A program made the translations under genes and the position numbers. Under the pieces are notes generated by a model. It made no database searches. It was not told the DNA's origin and was given only the letters and a program-made list of their open reading frames with translations. Of a stretch of 64,000 nucleotides of DNA, positions 1 to 13,014 are shown in pieces. This stretch comes from Octopus sinensis (lineage: Eukaryota): contig NC_042999.1 of NCBI RefSeq assembly GCF_006345805.1, positions 102,300,001 through 102,364,000 of the forward strand. Direction: 5' to 3'. The first letter of the stretch is position 1. Every line of letters begins with the position of its first letter.

Positions 1-99
1 GATTATAGAAAAAAAAACAAAAGTAACTTTCTGTTATTCAGCTCAGTAATGACTGACAATTTATTAGGACTGACTAACCTCGAGATTTTAATAATTATT

Positions 100-450
100 A
101 TTGATTGAGAGAGCAGTGCATACCATCAAAGTGACACTGGGTTAAAATATACGAAGCCCAGTATACTTATCATAGCTACCCGTCTGATAAGGGTACACAA
201 GGCACATGCACCACAACGATATGTGCGCGATACGTCGATCGCATATCAAGTTAAACAGCGCATGCCCTTGCAGATGGGGTTCAGTTAGGATTGTCTTCAG
301 GTCGAGTAACCCATCCTGCTCAAAAGGTCCCTGAATAAAGTTTGTTTAAGGATGTTGAACGAAACACCAATGTTTCCAGAGGTGAATTATCCAAACCCCA
401 AAGAATTCCTCTCAGCACATGGCTATGATACTCCCCTACTACAAGCAAAT
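100..450. mobile_element. Octopus-type interspersed repeat fragment (SINE/LINE-derived)
   Basis: gagagagcagtgcataccatcaaagtgacactgg...ccagaggtgaattatccaaaccccaaagaattcctctc resembles a dispersed repeat I recall from octopus DNA; no coding signal. Confidence 0.45.
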
Positions 451-501
451 ATTTTCTGTAGCCCATCTCTTATACCAAGGCAAAACACTGTATATGATAA
501 C

Positions 502-504
<3 letters not shown>

Positions 505-545
<41 letters not shown>

Positions 546-557
546 TTATTATTATTA

Positions 558-588
<31 letters not shown>

Positions 589-595
589 CATTATT
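505..595. repeat. Compound (TCT)n-(TAT)n microsatellite
   Basis: Directly visible. Confidence 0.95.
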
Positions 596-929
596 GCTGA
601 ATCTTGTGGATGGCATTCGCAGATCTTTCGAGACCGGTGAGATGGATGCCGTTAACGTTCTGTTCAAGCTGTTGGAATACATATGCTGGGAGGGAATTCT
701 AGAAGGCTGATGATCTGGGGAGAAAGAACTGGGAATTGTGGTTAGCGCAGGAGCTAGAGAAGTCTTTGAATACATGTGTCCTATCATAATGATTTCAGGA
801 GAGACAAATGAGTTAGGAGTGCCTGAGTGGAAATAGCCCAAAACTGACCAGTTCTGAGAAGCAGAGGCCATTGTAGTTGTGGTTGAAAATGTAGATAGAA
901 CATGCCTGTGGGCCAGAAGCTGGAGCATA

Positions 930-1175
930 CAGTCATGGCCAAAAGTCTGCAAGATTTTTTTAAAGATTAAAATTGTTATGCTCAAGTCGAATTCGATTGG
1001 AATATATACAACTTATATATTTGGGCATTTAATATAAAAAAAAACCTAATTTTCAGACCTATGTTGCAAACTTTTGGTTAAGTAATAATATATCACAATT
1101 TAGATATGACTTTGAGCATTTAATATAAGAATTTCTAACTTGCAGAACTATGTTCCAAAATTTTGGCCACGACAG
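930..1175. mobile_element. Tc1-like MITE
   Basis: TA-CAGTCATGGCCAAAAGT (930-946) and AATTTTGGCCACGACAG-TA (1159-1175); 14/17 inverted match, TA target duplication, Tc1-type TIR start. Confidence 0.8.
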
Positions 1176-1800
1176 TATGGTTTAGAGTGTCTGTATGTTT
1201 CAGTGGCGGTATCGTTTCTGGTGTGTGAAGTACATTTCGTTGTATATTCCACATGGAATCTCCAAACCTCAAGCGGAACAAACACTGTAATTTTTGGAGA
1301 CTGAAATATGTTCTGGCCTGAGAGAAGGATCAGTTGTTGGGATGCATTCCTAGCTATGTTGAGTGTGGGACTTCCGCCTGAGAGAATTGAATGACTAAGG
1401 GTTCTAACTGCGTGAGGCTCGTATTAGTGGGAGTGGGATACGATAGTGTTTTCGTTAGGCGAGAAGTGCCGTTAAACTGAAACAAAATTGCTATATCCCC
1501 ATTGAAGGATGCTTTTGAGGTTTCGGTTCATGAAATCAAGCCAGAGTACATTTCATGTGTGTTGTCTAGGTTGTGAGTAGATGGAGCTAGGTTGAGATAG
1601 GTTAAGGAAGAATGAAAGAGTGTATCATCTGTGTAAGAATATGCATTCTTAAACGTAAAGGCAAGAATGGAAATTGTTAGACGAGTTTGTTAGGCAAGTG
1701 GGTCATTGATGTATAAAAGGAAGACGTGGATAACAAAATCGAACTTTGGGAGAACTCCAGAATTTATAGAACGTGGGACGAAAAAAAAATCTTCTTCAAC

Positions 1801-2212
1801 ATAGGTGCAGGCGTGACAGTGTGGTAAGAAGCTTGTTTCCCAACCACATGATTCCGGGTTCAGTCCATCTGCATGGCATCTTGGGCAAGCCAAGTCCTCG
1901 GGCCGACCAAATCCTTGTGAGTGGATTTGGTAGACGGATACTGAAAGAGGCCCCTTGTATATATATATTTATATATGTATGTATGGATTTTTGTGTATGT
2001 CTGTGTTTGTACCCTCAGCCATTGCTTGACAACCGATGCTGGTGTGTTTATGTTCCCATAACCTAGCAGTTCGGCAAAAGAGTCCGATATAATAAGTGCT
2101 AAGCTTAAAAAGAATAAATCCTGGGGTCGATTTCTTCGACTTAAACCCTTGAAGGTGGTATTCCAGCATGGCCGCAGTCAAATGACTGAAACAAATAAAA
2201 AAATAAATGAAT
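1801..2212 (+). mobile_element. tRNA-derived SINE, family A (octopus OR/OK-like)
   Basis: Head ggtgcaggcgtgacagtgtggtaag with B-box-like gggttcagtcc, central TA/TG microsatellite, tail cagcatggccgcagtcaaatgactgaaac; homologous to copies at 18498, 41410, 46905 and 48561. Confidence 0.85.
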
Positions 2213-2869
2213 ACGCCGCCTTAGTGCGATCTGATAGGAAGGTACGAATTCTCAAAATGAGAGATGGATTAAGGACAGTAGTTTCAATAGGAAATTCACA
2301 TGCCAGACACGGTCGTAAGCTTTACTGATGTCGAGGGAAACAACACTGTTTTCACCAAATTTCTCTAAGGAGAGATCCAATTCATGATGACACAGGAAAG
2401 GAGGGTTCTGGGGGGATCTGGTTTTACAGAACTGTACTAATGGTCATTAAGGAGATAGAAGAGATAGAAAGTTGGAAGAATTTGGTGAATATATGGGCTA
2501 GCTTCGGGAAATTATAATCGATGGTAATCGAAGGGACGTTATCAGGGCTGGCGACCTTATTGGCTTGAAGCGACTGCATGTACTTTTACACATAGCGTGT
2601 TTGTATGCAAAGTGAGTGAATCTGATGGGATGAAATGAGACAGATTTGAAATTTTACCATTTACGCTGTATGGAGCAGGATGCAAAGCAGACATCAAAAG
2701 CAGAGACTTTCTTTGTAGGAGTACTGCTCACAGAACCATCGTTCTTAAGAAGTGGAGCAGAGAAGGAATCTGCAGAATTGGTTGAGATAGAGAAAGAAAT
2801 TTGTTAATCATTCATCCATATCTGCGCTTCGTTCACAAAGTCACAGACGCACTAACATTAGCGCAAGAA

Positions 2870-2939
2870 AAAACACACACACTCATACACACACATTCAT
2901 GCACATACATACACGCGCATGCGCACACACGCACGCACG

Positions 2940-2980
<41 letters not shown>
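2870..2980. repeat. (CA)n/(CACG)n microsatellite
   Basis: Directly visible. Confidence 0.95.
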
Positions 2981-2982
<2 letters not shown>

Positions 2983-3059
2983 CTAACAGATTTTCTTCAT
3001 GGTCCACAAGCTTCTAGAAACAGCAGGCAAATCTCCTTATCTAATTTTAACTCTAATAT

Positions 3060-3470
3060 AATGTTCTTTTCTACTCTAGTCACAAGGCCCAAAATTTTGG
3101 GGGAGGAGGGCAGTCGATTAGATAGACTCCAGTACGTAACTGGTAGTTAATTTATCGACCTCGAAATGATGAAAGGCAAAATCTACCTCAGCGGAATTTG
3201 AACTCAGAGCGTAAAGACAGACGAAATACATATTTCTATTTCTTTACTACCCACAAGGGGCTAAACACAGAGGGGACAAACAAGGACAGGCACACGGATT
3301 AAGTCGATTATATCGACTCCAGTGCGTGACTGGTACTTATTTAATCGCCCTCGAAACGATGAAAGGCAAAGTCGACCTCGGTGGAATTTGAACTCAGAGC
3401 GTAACGGCAGACGAAATACAGCTACGCATTTCTCCCGGCTCGCTAACGTTTCTGCCAGTTCGCTGTCTTA
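3060..3470 (-). mobile_element. SINE family B (ggcggcgagctggcagaa head), two overlapping or nested copies
   Basis: Reverse complement of gagttcaaattccgccgaggtcgactttgcctttcatc occurs twice (~3170-3210 and ~3360-3400). Confidence 0.85.
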
Positions 3471-3923
3471 CTCTAATATAATGTTAGATACACCAAGGTC
3501 GAAAATAAAAGACGAGATGGTCGTGATTGAAATGCCTATCATATATAAATACATACATACATACATACCTAAATACATACATACATATATGCATGAGAAT
3601 GTGTGTATAAACATGTATAAATATAATTCCGTCTGTATGTGTATATATATATATATATGGGTATGTATGTGGCTATATAGATACATACAGATACACAGAT
3701 AGGTCACACATACAAATATAAAGACGTGTCGGCCAACCAACATCGTTCCTATTTCTATATAAGTATTTCTGAACATATAAAGAAATCATTAAGTTAGATA
3801 AATAAAGAACAGAGAGATATGGTTTAAAGAATAAAAGAGTTTCAATGATTGAACAACGCTCCACCTCACCAACACTCTATCTCTTCCTATCATATGCCCC
3901 AGTCTGTCTGTTTCACTCTTTCC

Positions 3924-3985
<62 letters not shown>

Positions 3986-4330
3986 GTATTCTAGAAGCCG
4001 TTTGAGATAATGCCAAAAGATGAAACTCGTCAGCGGCGATGAAAAAACGTTAGCTTCCCCATTACGACGACGATGGCCATCACTGACTCCACTATTCACA
4101 CACGCATACAAGCGCACACACCACACACACACGTACATGCATTTACACACGCATATATGTATGCATGTATAAATATATGTATGTATATATGTATATATAT
4201 ATATATATGTACATATATGTGTGTCTGTATATATATATATATATATATGAGCATATATATATTGCACACATTATTATATATATAGATAGATAGATAGATA
4301 GATATATATATACAAATACACACCCATGCG

Positions 4331-4374
<44 letters not shown>

Positions 4375-4769
4375 CATGTTTATATGGTTTCGTGTGTTCG
4401 GGTTCAGCTCCACTCCATAGCACATTCAGTACGCCTCTTCTACTGTACCTTCGGGCTAACTTAACCCTTGTGAGTGAATTTGGAGGACAGAAACATACAC
4501 ACATACACACATAAAAACACTTATACATATATACATACAATTATGCATACATACATGCATACATGCATGCATACATACATACATACATACATACATACAT
4601 ACATACCATACATACATGCATACATTTATACATACATACATACAGACAGACAAACAGACATATGTCTTGATATTGCATATGATAGTTGTAAGTGAGCATC
4701 AACGTCATACAAGCGGTGTCCTTCGTTTCCTATCTTCCTTGTCTAGGAATTCTTCATCCTTTAGTTGGA

Positions 4770-4817
4770 AACTGAAATGAGAATTAGTGAAAGGAAGAAG
4801 AATTGGCTGCTGAAAAT

Positions 4818-4881
<64 letters not shown>

Positions 4882-5078
4882 ACACACACGCACACACGCA
4901 CGCACACACGCACACACGCATACGCATACGCACACGCACACAACACACACGCACACACACACATACACGCACGCACACACACACACGCATACGCACACAC
5001 ACACACACACACGCACGCACACACACACACACACGCATACGCACACGCACACACACACGCACACACACACACACACAT
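4770..5078. repeat. Long imperfect (CA)n/(CG) microsatellite
   Basis: Directly visible; source of several spurious HT/CV ORFs. Confidence 0.95.
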
Positions 5079-5134
5079 TGTCTTTAATAATGTCGTAATA
5101 GAGATACCTATTTCCACGTAAAAATAGTTTAGAT

Positions 5135-5367
5135 CAGTGGTTCTCAACCAGGCTCTCCGGGGTCCACATAACATTTTACGCGCAATAAATTGGTTGAACT
5201 TCTACAATAACACAAAATATTTTAAAATCCTTTTTATACAATTCCGAATAATGTTTAATTATAGAAAAATAGTGGAGTTTCTTTAAACATCGAATGTCTA
5301 TCGAGGGACTGTAGAGTAAAATTGGAATCAAAGGGATCCATAGGCAATAAATGGTTGAGAGCCATTG
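5135..5367. mobile_element. hAT (Charlie-like) MITE 1
   Basis: TIRs cagtggttctcaacc / ggttgagagccattg; 8-bp flanks gtttagat / gcttagat. Confidence 0.75.
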
Positions 5368-5375
5368 GCTTAGAT

Positions 5376-5727
5376 CTGGGGTTTTCAACCATTTTTTCTA
5401 CCTACGGACCCCTTTGATTATTATTTTATTCTAGTGGACCCCCACAGTCATTCAATCGTTAAAATTAATTTTATACAAGAACTTCTTTCAAAATTCCTAT
5501 TTTGTTTCTCGCACATTAACTTGTGTGGTTTGAACTATGTAAAATGTTACAAGAAGAAACATAGTTGTTTCTTGCAATACATACCAGTACATACATCTTA
5601 AGCAAAACTTCTTCTGGACACCTTAAAATACTATTCTGGATCCCCAATTTACTATTTTGTGACATGGACCCCCAAAAATCTAATATGGACTCTCAGGGGC
5701 CATTTGGACCCCGGTTGAAAACCACTG
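5376..5727. mobile_element. hAT (Charlie-like) MITE 2
   Basis: TIRs ctggggttttcaacc / ggttgaaaaccactg; 8-bp flanks gcttagat / gttttgat; repeated ggacccc subterminal motifs. Confidence 0.8.
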
Positions 5728-5751
5728 GTTTTGATTAACAGATATTCATTT

Positions 5752-5960
5752 ATGCTTTTATTTGTTTCAGTCATTTGACTGCGGCCAGGATTTAGATTTG
5801 AAGGATTTAAGTCGAACAAATCGACCCCAGGATTTATTCTGTATGCCTAGTACTTATTCTATCGGTTTCTTTTGCCGAACCGGTGAGTTACGGAGACGTA
5901 AACACACCAACACCGGTTGTCAAGCTGTGATGGGGTTCAAACACTGACACAAAGATGCAC
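5752..5960 (-). mobile_element. SINE family A, 3' half
   Basis: tttgtttcagtcatttgactgcggcc...cggttgtcaagc matches the other family A tails. Confidence 0.8.
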
Positions 5961-5999
5961 ACACACACACGCACATATATATATACTGAACCATTTATC

Positions 6000-6180
6000 C
6001 CTACACATTGTCTCCGTTTTTTTCGTCTTCTCTCCATTTTTTCCTTGTTAGTTCTTTCTGCTGAAGAACATAGGCTCGAAACGTCAAAGACATTCCCATT
6101 CTTCCCAAGCATTAAACTAATACACGTGCTTGTTGTTCCTTCTCCTGTCTTCCTCTTTTGTTTCCTGTAGATTTGAATTA
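6000..6180 (+). mobile_element. Penelope-like terminal (pLTR-type) repeat with hammerhead-like motif
   Basis: Homologous to 8395-8580 (+) and 30530-30700 (-); contains ctgctga-a-gaacataggctc-gaaa-cgtc. Confidence 0.55.
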
Positions 6181-6185
6181 TATAA

Positions 6186-6223
<38 letters not shown>

Positions 6224-6272
6224 ATGTTATATATATATGTATGTGTGTGTGTATATATATGTGTGTGTGTTG

Positions 6273-6326
<54 letters not shown>

Positions 6327-6564
6327 ATAAGATCGTTAATTTAAATTAAATATCGATCTTATCGAGTGGCCAGCATGGAAATAAAAACCTTCAAAGGTGA
6401 TAATTATTATTAAAATTATAATTTAGGGTATCTACGAGATACCGCCATGCTGAAAATAGCAGCCAGAATCTGACTCTAAAACCACATTAAATGTTCATAC
6501 AGCACAAGGAGAGAAGACAAAAAGAAAACTAGCAAACACACATATATACATATATATACATATA

Positions 6565-7077
6565 CTAGCAGTATCGCCCGGCGTTGCTCGGGTTTGTAAG
6601 GGAAATAACTATATAAGCATTTTTAGAGAGTTACTTCCCTTATAGATGCCAATTCGGACTTTCTTAGCCATTTCTGTTTTGGTGTTTTCAAGCCATGAAG
6701 TCGTTGTTCTAAAAGAACGCTGGTCTCCTTGACAACGCTTTACGACGTTGATTTCCTTACACTCCCTTCCCCACAGCTTCACGAGGGAGGGAAGAAGGGG
6801 GAGAAGCAAACAGGTGCAGGTGTGACCATGGACGCCAACTCCGCCGCCATCGACACACGAAAAATTATGCATTAAAATGGAATAAAAAATGATGTTAAAT
6901 TATTTTTAAAATCGTAGACTCATCGTAGACGCTCGCTAATACTCAGACGGGCTCGATATGAATCACGACTATAAGATACCCGAATTTGGTTAAACTGCAC
7001 CGCAAAATCTGGGAGTAGTTAGGAATCTAAATCGAAGGGGACAGACACTCACACAACTACAGTTTTATATATATAGA
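6565..7077 (-). mobile_element. Non-autonomous Helitron (513 bp)
   Basis: Minus strand starts TCTATATATATAAAAC (7077) and ends with hairpin cccgagcaacgccggg then ...CTAG (6565); inserted between A and T in a TA-rich array. Confidence 0.9.
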
Positions 7078-7107
7078 TATATATACATACATACATACAA
7101 TACATAC

Positions 7108-7183
<76 letters not shown>

Positions 7184-7277
7184 CAACATATATTATATTA
7201 CATATATATATATATACATATATACATACATATATATATATGTATACATACATATATATATAGATATACATATATTA

Positions 7278-7335
<58 letters not shown>

Positions 7336-7350
7336 TATATATACACACAT
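7075..7350. repeat. (TA)n/(TACA)n microsatellite
   Basis: Directly visible. Confidence 0.95.
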
Positions 7351-7444
7351 ATATAATACCTGAAGAGAGACAAGAAATACAAACACACACCCAACATGCA
7401 TTGACACACGCAACACGTATAGACAAAGATAATTTTCAACCACA

Positions 7445-7900
7445 AACATTAATATACATAAATGGCAATTTCTGTCTGTTTGATCTGTCTATCTGTCTGG
7501 CTGTTACCATCTTGCTGCCTACACCAGTTAACCAATCTTGACGAAACTTTGCGTACATGTTAAATTTACATCCAGTTGAATTATAGGCTAACTGGATTTC
7601 ATTAAAAATCTACAATGATACCCCTGGGGGCTGAGCTGTAGCACATGTTTACAAATCAATAACACAACTACTGATATGGGTTAAGCAAGGCTTCTCTAAG
7701 GCTCAACCATGCACTCCTTTATGAAAAGAGCGTGCGACTTTTGTGAGAACAACTCAGCTTTCCAAAGGAAAATAATTCTGCATGCAGTGCCCGTATGTCA
7801 CGCTAAGGTCACATTAAGAACACGCTCAACTGCAGGATTCGTGGATAGGACATGGAACAATGTAATGATCAATGACCTGGAAGCTGGTTCACCATGAGAT
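7445..7900 (+). mobile_element. Degenerate Helitron-like non-autonomous element fragment
   Basis: Start taatatacataaatggcaatttctgtctgtttgatctgtc and accaatcttgacgaaactttgc are typical of Helitron/DINE-like 5' regions; termini not resolved. Confidence 0.4.
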
Positions 7901-8206
7901 TAATTTGATGAATTAAATGCAAATCACCATAACAGCTTAATCATTTTTATCGCGCAACGAATGATACAGCCGCGTTACGATAAGCTGTGACATGCGACAA
8001 CGCCAGCTTCGATATGCGGACTATTTTGTCAATGTATTTGTAAATCTATTTATTTAATCTATTTTGCTCAGATGCATATTCGTTTGCTAAAATAATATTG
8101 AGACAGTCCTTATTTACTCATTAATCGAATTAATACTTTGTAATACGCACCTTTCTCACATACACACATACGCTTGTGCACTTTAGTTCGTTGGGGTCAC
8201 GATTAC

Positions 8207-8338
<132 letters not shown>

Positions 8339-8394
8339 CTCTCTTTCATTCAACCTCTTTTTTCCAGTTATCTCGCCATGTTGGACCGTTGAAT

Positions 8395-8580
8395 GCTGCA
8401 TTTTTTTCTCTCTTCGTTTTTTTTATATTTTTCTCTCCATTTTTCCTTCAATCCTTTCTGTCGAAGAGCGTAGGCTTGAAACGTAAAATACTTTTCCATT
8501 TTTCCCAAGCATTCAACTAATACACCTGCTTGTTGTTCCTACACCTGTCTTCGTGTTTTGCTTTCTGTGAATTTGAACTG
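8395..8580 (+). mobile_element. Penelope-like terminal repeat, second copy
   Basis: Homologous to 6000-6180. Confidence 0.55.
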
Positions 8581-8698
8581 TATGTATGCATGTATGTATA
8601 TATATATATATATGTATATATATGGCGGTGCCCCAGCATGGCCACAGCTCGTGAGCTGAAACTAGATAAAATAAAATTTAAAAAATCATATATTATAT

Positions 8699-8699
<1 letters not shown>

Positions 8700-8748
<49 letters not shown>

Positions 8749-8945
8749 TTAGCGTCCGCTTTCCATGCTAGCATGGGTTGGACGGTTCAACTGGGGTCTG
8801 TGAAGCCAGAAGGCTGCACCAGGCCCAGTCATGTATGTGCACAACGGGCTTCTTTCAGTGTCTATCTACCAAATTCACTCACAAAGCTTTTATCCGTCCA
8901 AGGCTATAGTAGAAGATACTTGTCCAAAGTACCACTGAACCCAGA
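8700..8945 (-). mobile_element. SINE/LINE 3' tail fragment ending in (GAT)n
   Basis: catcatttagcgtccgctttccatgctagcatgggttggacgg is the reverse complement of the tail at 63115-63175. Confidence 0.75.
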
Positions 8946-9589
8946 ATAACGAAACAAGAAAGGAAACCTCAAAAGTTCATTACGCTGAAAATTTTGTTGT
9001 TTGAGCGAGTGTTTTGTCCCATATCATTCTTGATAAAAGAGTCCATACCTTCTCACTCATACGCACGCGTGCAAACACACGCATGCGCGTAAACACATGC
9101 ATCTCACATCCACCTACATGTACGGACATGAACAGAAACATACTAAGTCAGATTGAGTTTATCATTTTACTTTTGTAATCATCGGCACCAGAACCACCAA
9201 ATACAACTACAAAGGCTATTCATTTGTAGACTATATAATATATGAAAGAAGACGAGGGGACGAAGAGAAGGTGCTCACACATACACACTGAGGCCCGCGC
9301 GCACACACACACACAATTTCAGGCAGTGTCTTATTTTACCATTTTAATCATCGATTTGCAATCTAGCAAACACAGTTACAGACAGAGTTTTTTTTATAAA
9401 GATTGTATGAAATAAAACGGAAAGATAAAAGGTACACACTCACACACACACACACACACATACACATGCAAGCACACGAACGTGTACATAAAAATACACA
9501 CATACACATGCACGTATAGATATAACACTCACGTATTCTCACAAGTACAAAGACGTACTTAAACACATGATATTTAGAGGCGTGGAGGT

Positions 9590-11240
9590 ATTTAAACATT
9601 TAAGACCTTTCATTTAAGCTATGTGCTATTTGATGTAAGGATAGAAACTTATTTAAACGCAATTTGTAACAAAGTACGACAATCAGTGTGTTTTTTTTTC
9701 TAATTTTAAATGCATTCGAGCATCTTTCTACCATAAACCAAATACACTTGCATAAAAATTCGTGTTTTACTCAAATGTTTGAATGACTGAATGTGCTGAT
9801 ATAGACGGGTCTTGAATGTATTCTCAGTCAGTTCACTATAAGACTTCAACATGCAGTTATTGTCGATTTGTACTGTTGAGAGGATGACTGTTTAGAGCAA
9901 TACAATTAGAAATTGTACTATTGATGGGAAGTAATTTTGAATTGAAATAGTTAATTGGACTAGCTGTAAGAATGATCAACTTTAATAGACTTTCCGATAA
10001 GGGTCTTATGATTAGAAATATTAAAATTACTAAGTCTTTCTAAAGGAGATTACGGCAGCGTTACTGGATATTAATAGTTATCGCCATACTAATATAGCAG
10101 TCTATAAATATAAGACTAAAGCTGTTGCTGATTAGCTCCAAGAGGCCATCGCCTCTAGCTAGCTATATGACACACGAACCTGCGTCCATTACAACCTTCG
10201 AACAGGGGAGGTCAGCCGCTTCGTTATGATTCAATGAGAAATAAATTCAAGCAAGGAAATTTTTTGCAATATTTATTCTTGCACTTTACAAATTTATACC
10301 ACAATATATTTCTTGGTTTATTTTTATGCTTTGAAGCATTTGGACCATTTGTTCAGTGTAATTCTTTCGGTAAACCTGCAATTTGAAAGGGTTTCATCAA
10401 ATTAAATTTCTTGGCATGTTAGGTGAATTGAATGGAATTCCTGTTTATATGAAATTATTTTTCTTTAGATTTTGAGTAAATGAAAAGTCTATGTTTAAAC
10501 TTAAGGTGATATCCAAGAAATAAACTACATTAAGAATAAATTTTAATACGTTAACATATATCACTAAATAATTTTTTAGGTCTTTTCCCGATGTATGTAA
10601 TTCTTGCCCGCCGTTCATGTTACACGAGTCTAAAAGTTCATCTCCTCCGTAAAGGCCTCCTCGCAAGATAGGAAGTTTTTTATGTTAAAAGTTCAAAATA
10701 TAAATTCCGATAAGTTAGCATAATTCAGCCACGTCGTATTCTCCCGTGGAAACATCGAATAATCCACCTCCGCTTCCTTACGTTCATAATTAGCTCGAAG
10801 CTAAATTCACTGATTTGTAAGAGATTAAGAATAAAGGGTTTAGTAATGGGAAATCATTTTGCCCAGTTTTAGCAAATCTAACTTGTCATGATGTTGAAAT
10901 ATCTCTTTTGGATACTATTTTTTGCTCCATTTTTCGTGCTCGTCCAAATATCTGAAGCAAGAAACTCGGAGTAACGATTTGTTAAGTTTCATTATATATT
11001 ATTGTATTATATAACTCTGCTTTTGGTACCGAGTGATCTCTTTTCTCCTTCAAACTTAAGTGTTTATGAGTCACGTGCACACACGTAATCTATGTAGATA
11101 TATAAGCAGTGCTAATTTAGCTATTTCTTCGTAAATTGAAAAAAATGAAGAACAACCTTAATCGATTTTTCACCTTATTGGGTTCTCATCAGAGGTGTTT
11201 ACATCGATTTGACCAATTCCAGAGACATAAGCAGCTGATT
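9590..11240 (-). mobile_element. Decayed Penelope-like element (RT + GIY-YIG)
   Basis: Minus strand: DVSTGEYDVAELC*LIGIYIL...GLYGGDELL...VYFLDITLSLN (PLE RT-like; ORF 10445-10666), then SELTENTFKTRLYQH (GIY-YIG-like, ~9780-9840). Confidence 0.75.
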
Positions 11241-11335
11241 TTCATATATATATATATTCAACAATCCCTGTAGCTATAGTGTATGTATATGCATATGTAT
11301 GTATATATATGTATTTATATATATATCTATATATA

Positions 11336-11383
<48 letters not shown>

Positions 11384-11384
<1 letters not shown>

Positions 11385-12813
11385 TAGCAGTATCGCCCGG
11401 CGTTGCTCGGGTTTGTTTCGACCCGCTGGAATTGTAATTTTGAAAAGTAAAAATTTTGTGAACATTTTTCTGGTCGAAATACACCGAAAAGTGGCGACAC
11501 AGCAGTGAAAAAATCGTAAAAAATAGGGATTTTCATAGAAAAAAGCATCTTTTTGATGTAAATAATTTTTGGTGTTAACATGGTCCGATTTGAATTTTAT
11601 GTTCTACGGAAGGAAGAGCAACCCTTCTTCTACCATACTCTCAATTTTGGTCAACTTGCGCCGCAGGGTCTCGGAGGAGATAGTGTTAGTTGAAGGTTAC
11701 CATTGTAGGTGCCTGAGTAACAACCTCGCGGATTTACAGATAAATGAATTAATTACTATTTTACAGAATAAAATTAAATAATTCTTGAAAATTAATTAAT
11801 ATTAATATTTTTTGAACAAAGTAAATAATTTTAAAAACTTAAATAATAATTTTTTTTACACAAACGCGAACGGGGAAAAGGGGGTGGCGAATTCGATTTA
11901 CATACCTAAATTTTTTCTTTTTCATGACATTGTAGCAAAATAGTAGTGAATTATATAAATACCAGCAGTACATTTTTTTTCTGGGGTATTTTTTTCAACC
12001 TCGTCACATATTTGCCCCTTTCAATTTAAACAAAGTCTTAATTAAGCAATTACGGCAGCTTAGCAATGGTTTCAATACAGGCGTGACATCTGTATCTCAA
12101 TTGTTCAAAACCCTTCGAATTTTTTCGCACGTGATGATATCATAGTGAAAACTTTCAATTACGCGCGCTTATTTCTGTCTTTCACTCTGTCTGTCTCTTT
12201 ACACACACTAACAAAAGCACTTCACTTACACACCGCACTTTCTGTGTCGCACAACCCATCAAACACACATGCACACATGTACATCAATGCTTTCGGAGTG
12301 AAATGTTAAAATATTGAGTTTTCTCGAATTTTGTCTTAATTGGGGATGAAATTGAAAGAAATATATTATGGCATGACCGAATGGAATACTTTGAAAAATC
12401 TTAGGTAAACTCTAATTGAAGAAATTGTGTGAGGAGTAAATCGTTATGTATTTATTTGTTTCTGTTTGCTGTGTTTTTTTATTTTTTGAGTAGTGGTTTA
12501 AATACTTTCAGTTTAATCTTCCTCAAATCACTCTGTCGCTATTTACTTTCATTTTATTCGTTGCACACTGTGTGTGTGCGTGTGCGTGTGGTGTAAACCA
12601 CATTAAGAAAAGCATTTGACACACACACCAGAATGTGAGTTTTCTGTAAATTTTGCTTAATTGGAGTTTAAATTTTAAAAACTGGACCTAGCATGACCCG
12701 ATGCATTCTACTCTTAAAAATGCTTGGTAAATTGTAATTGAAGAAATCCTATATTGTAGATTTCTATAACTCCCAAAGGGAGGCAGATAAAATCTGCCTT
12801 TTATAATAAGAGA
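11384..12813 (-). mobile_element. Non-autonomous Helitron (1430 bp)
   Basis: Minus strand 5' TCTCTTATTATAAAAGGCAGA (12813) with hairpin aggcaga-taaaa-tctgcct; 3' cccgagcaacgccggg...CTAG (11384) abutting a (TA)n array. Confidence 0.9.
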
Positions 12814-12981
12814 TATATATAGGGAGAGAGAGAAAGAGAAAGAGTGAGAGGGAAAAGAAGCAGTCAGAATTCTGACTGCCCACACACGCACGCACGCACG
12901 CACTCACCTATGAACGCCACGCACGCGCACACACACGCGCACACACACGCGCACACACACGCGCACACACACACACACACA

Positions 12982-13014
<33 letters not shown>

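Larger units (their letters stand above)
598..2800 (-). mobile_element. Decayed CR1/L2-type LINE reverse transcriptase, interrupted by a MITE (930-1175) and a SINE (1801-2212)
   Basis: Minus-strand conceptual translation across stops and frameshifts: SLDISKAYDRVWH (~2290-2340), INSGV...FLLYIND (~1700-1770), YTDDTL (YADD-like, ~1620), LQLLAHRH and FLPRSSAF*NSLP (C-terminal). Confidence 0.85.

Noticed and set aside
4705-5174. Long ORFs of HT/CV/YI/poly-L/poly-I type throughout the track
   Set aside because: They are translations of (CA)n, (TA)n, (TACA)n and (TAT)n microsatellites that lack stops in some frames.
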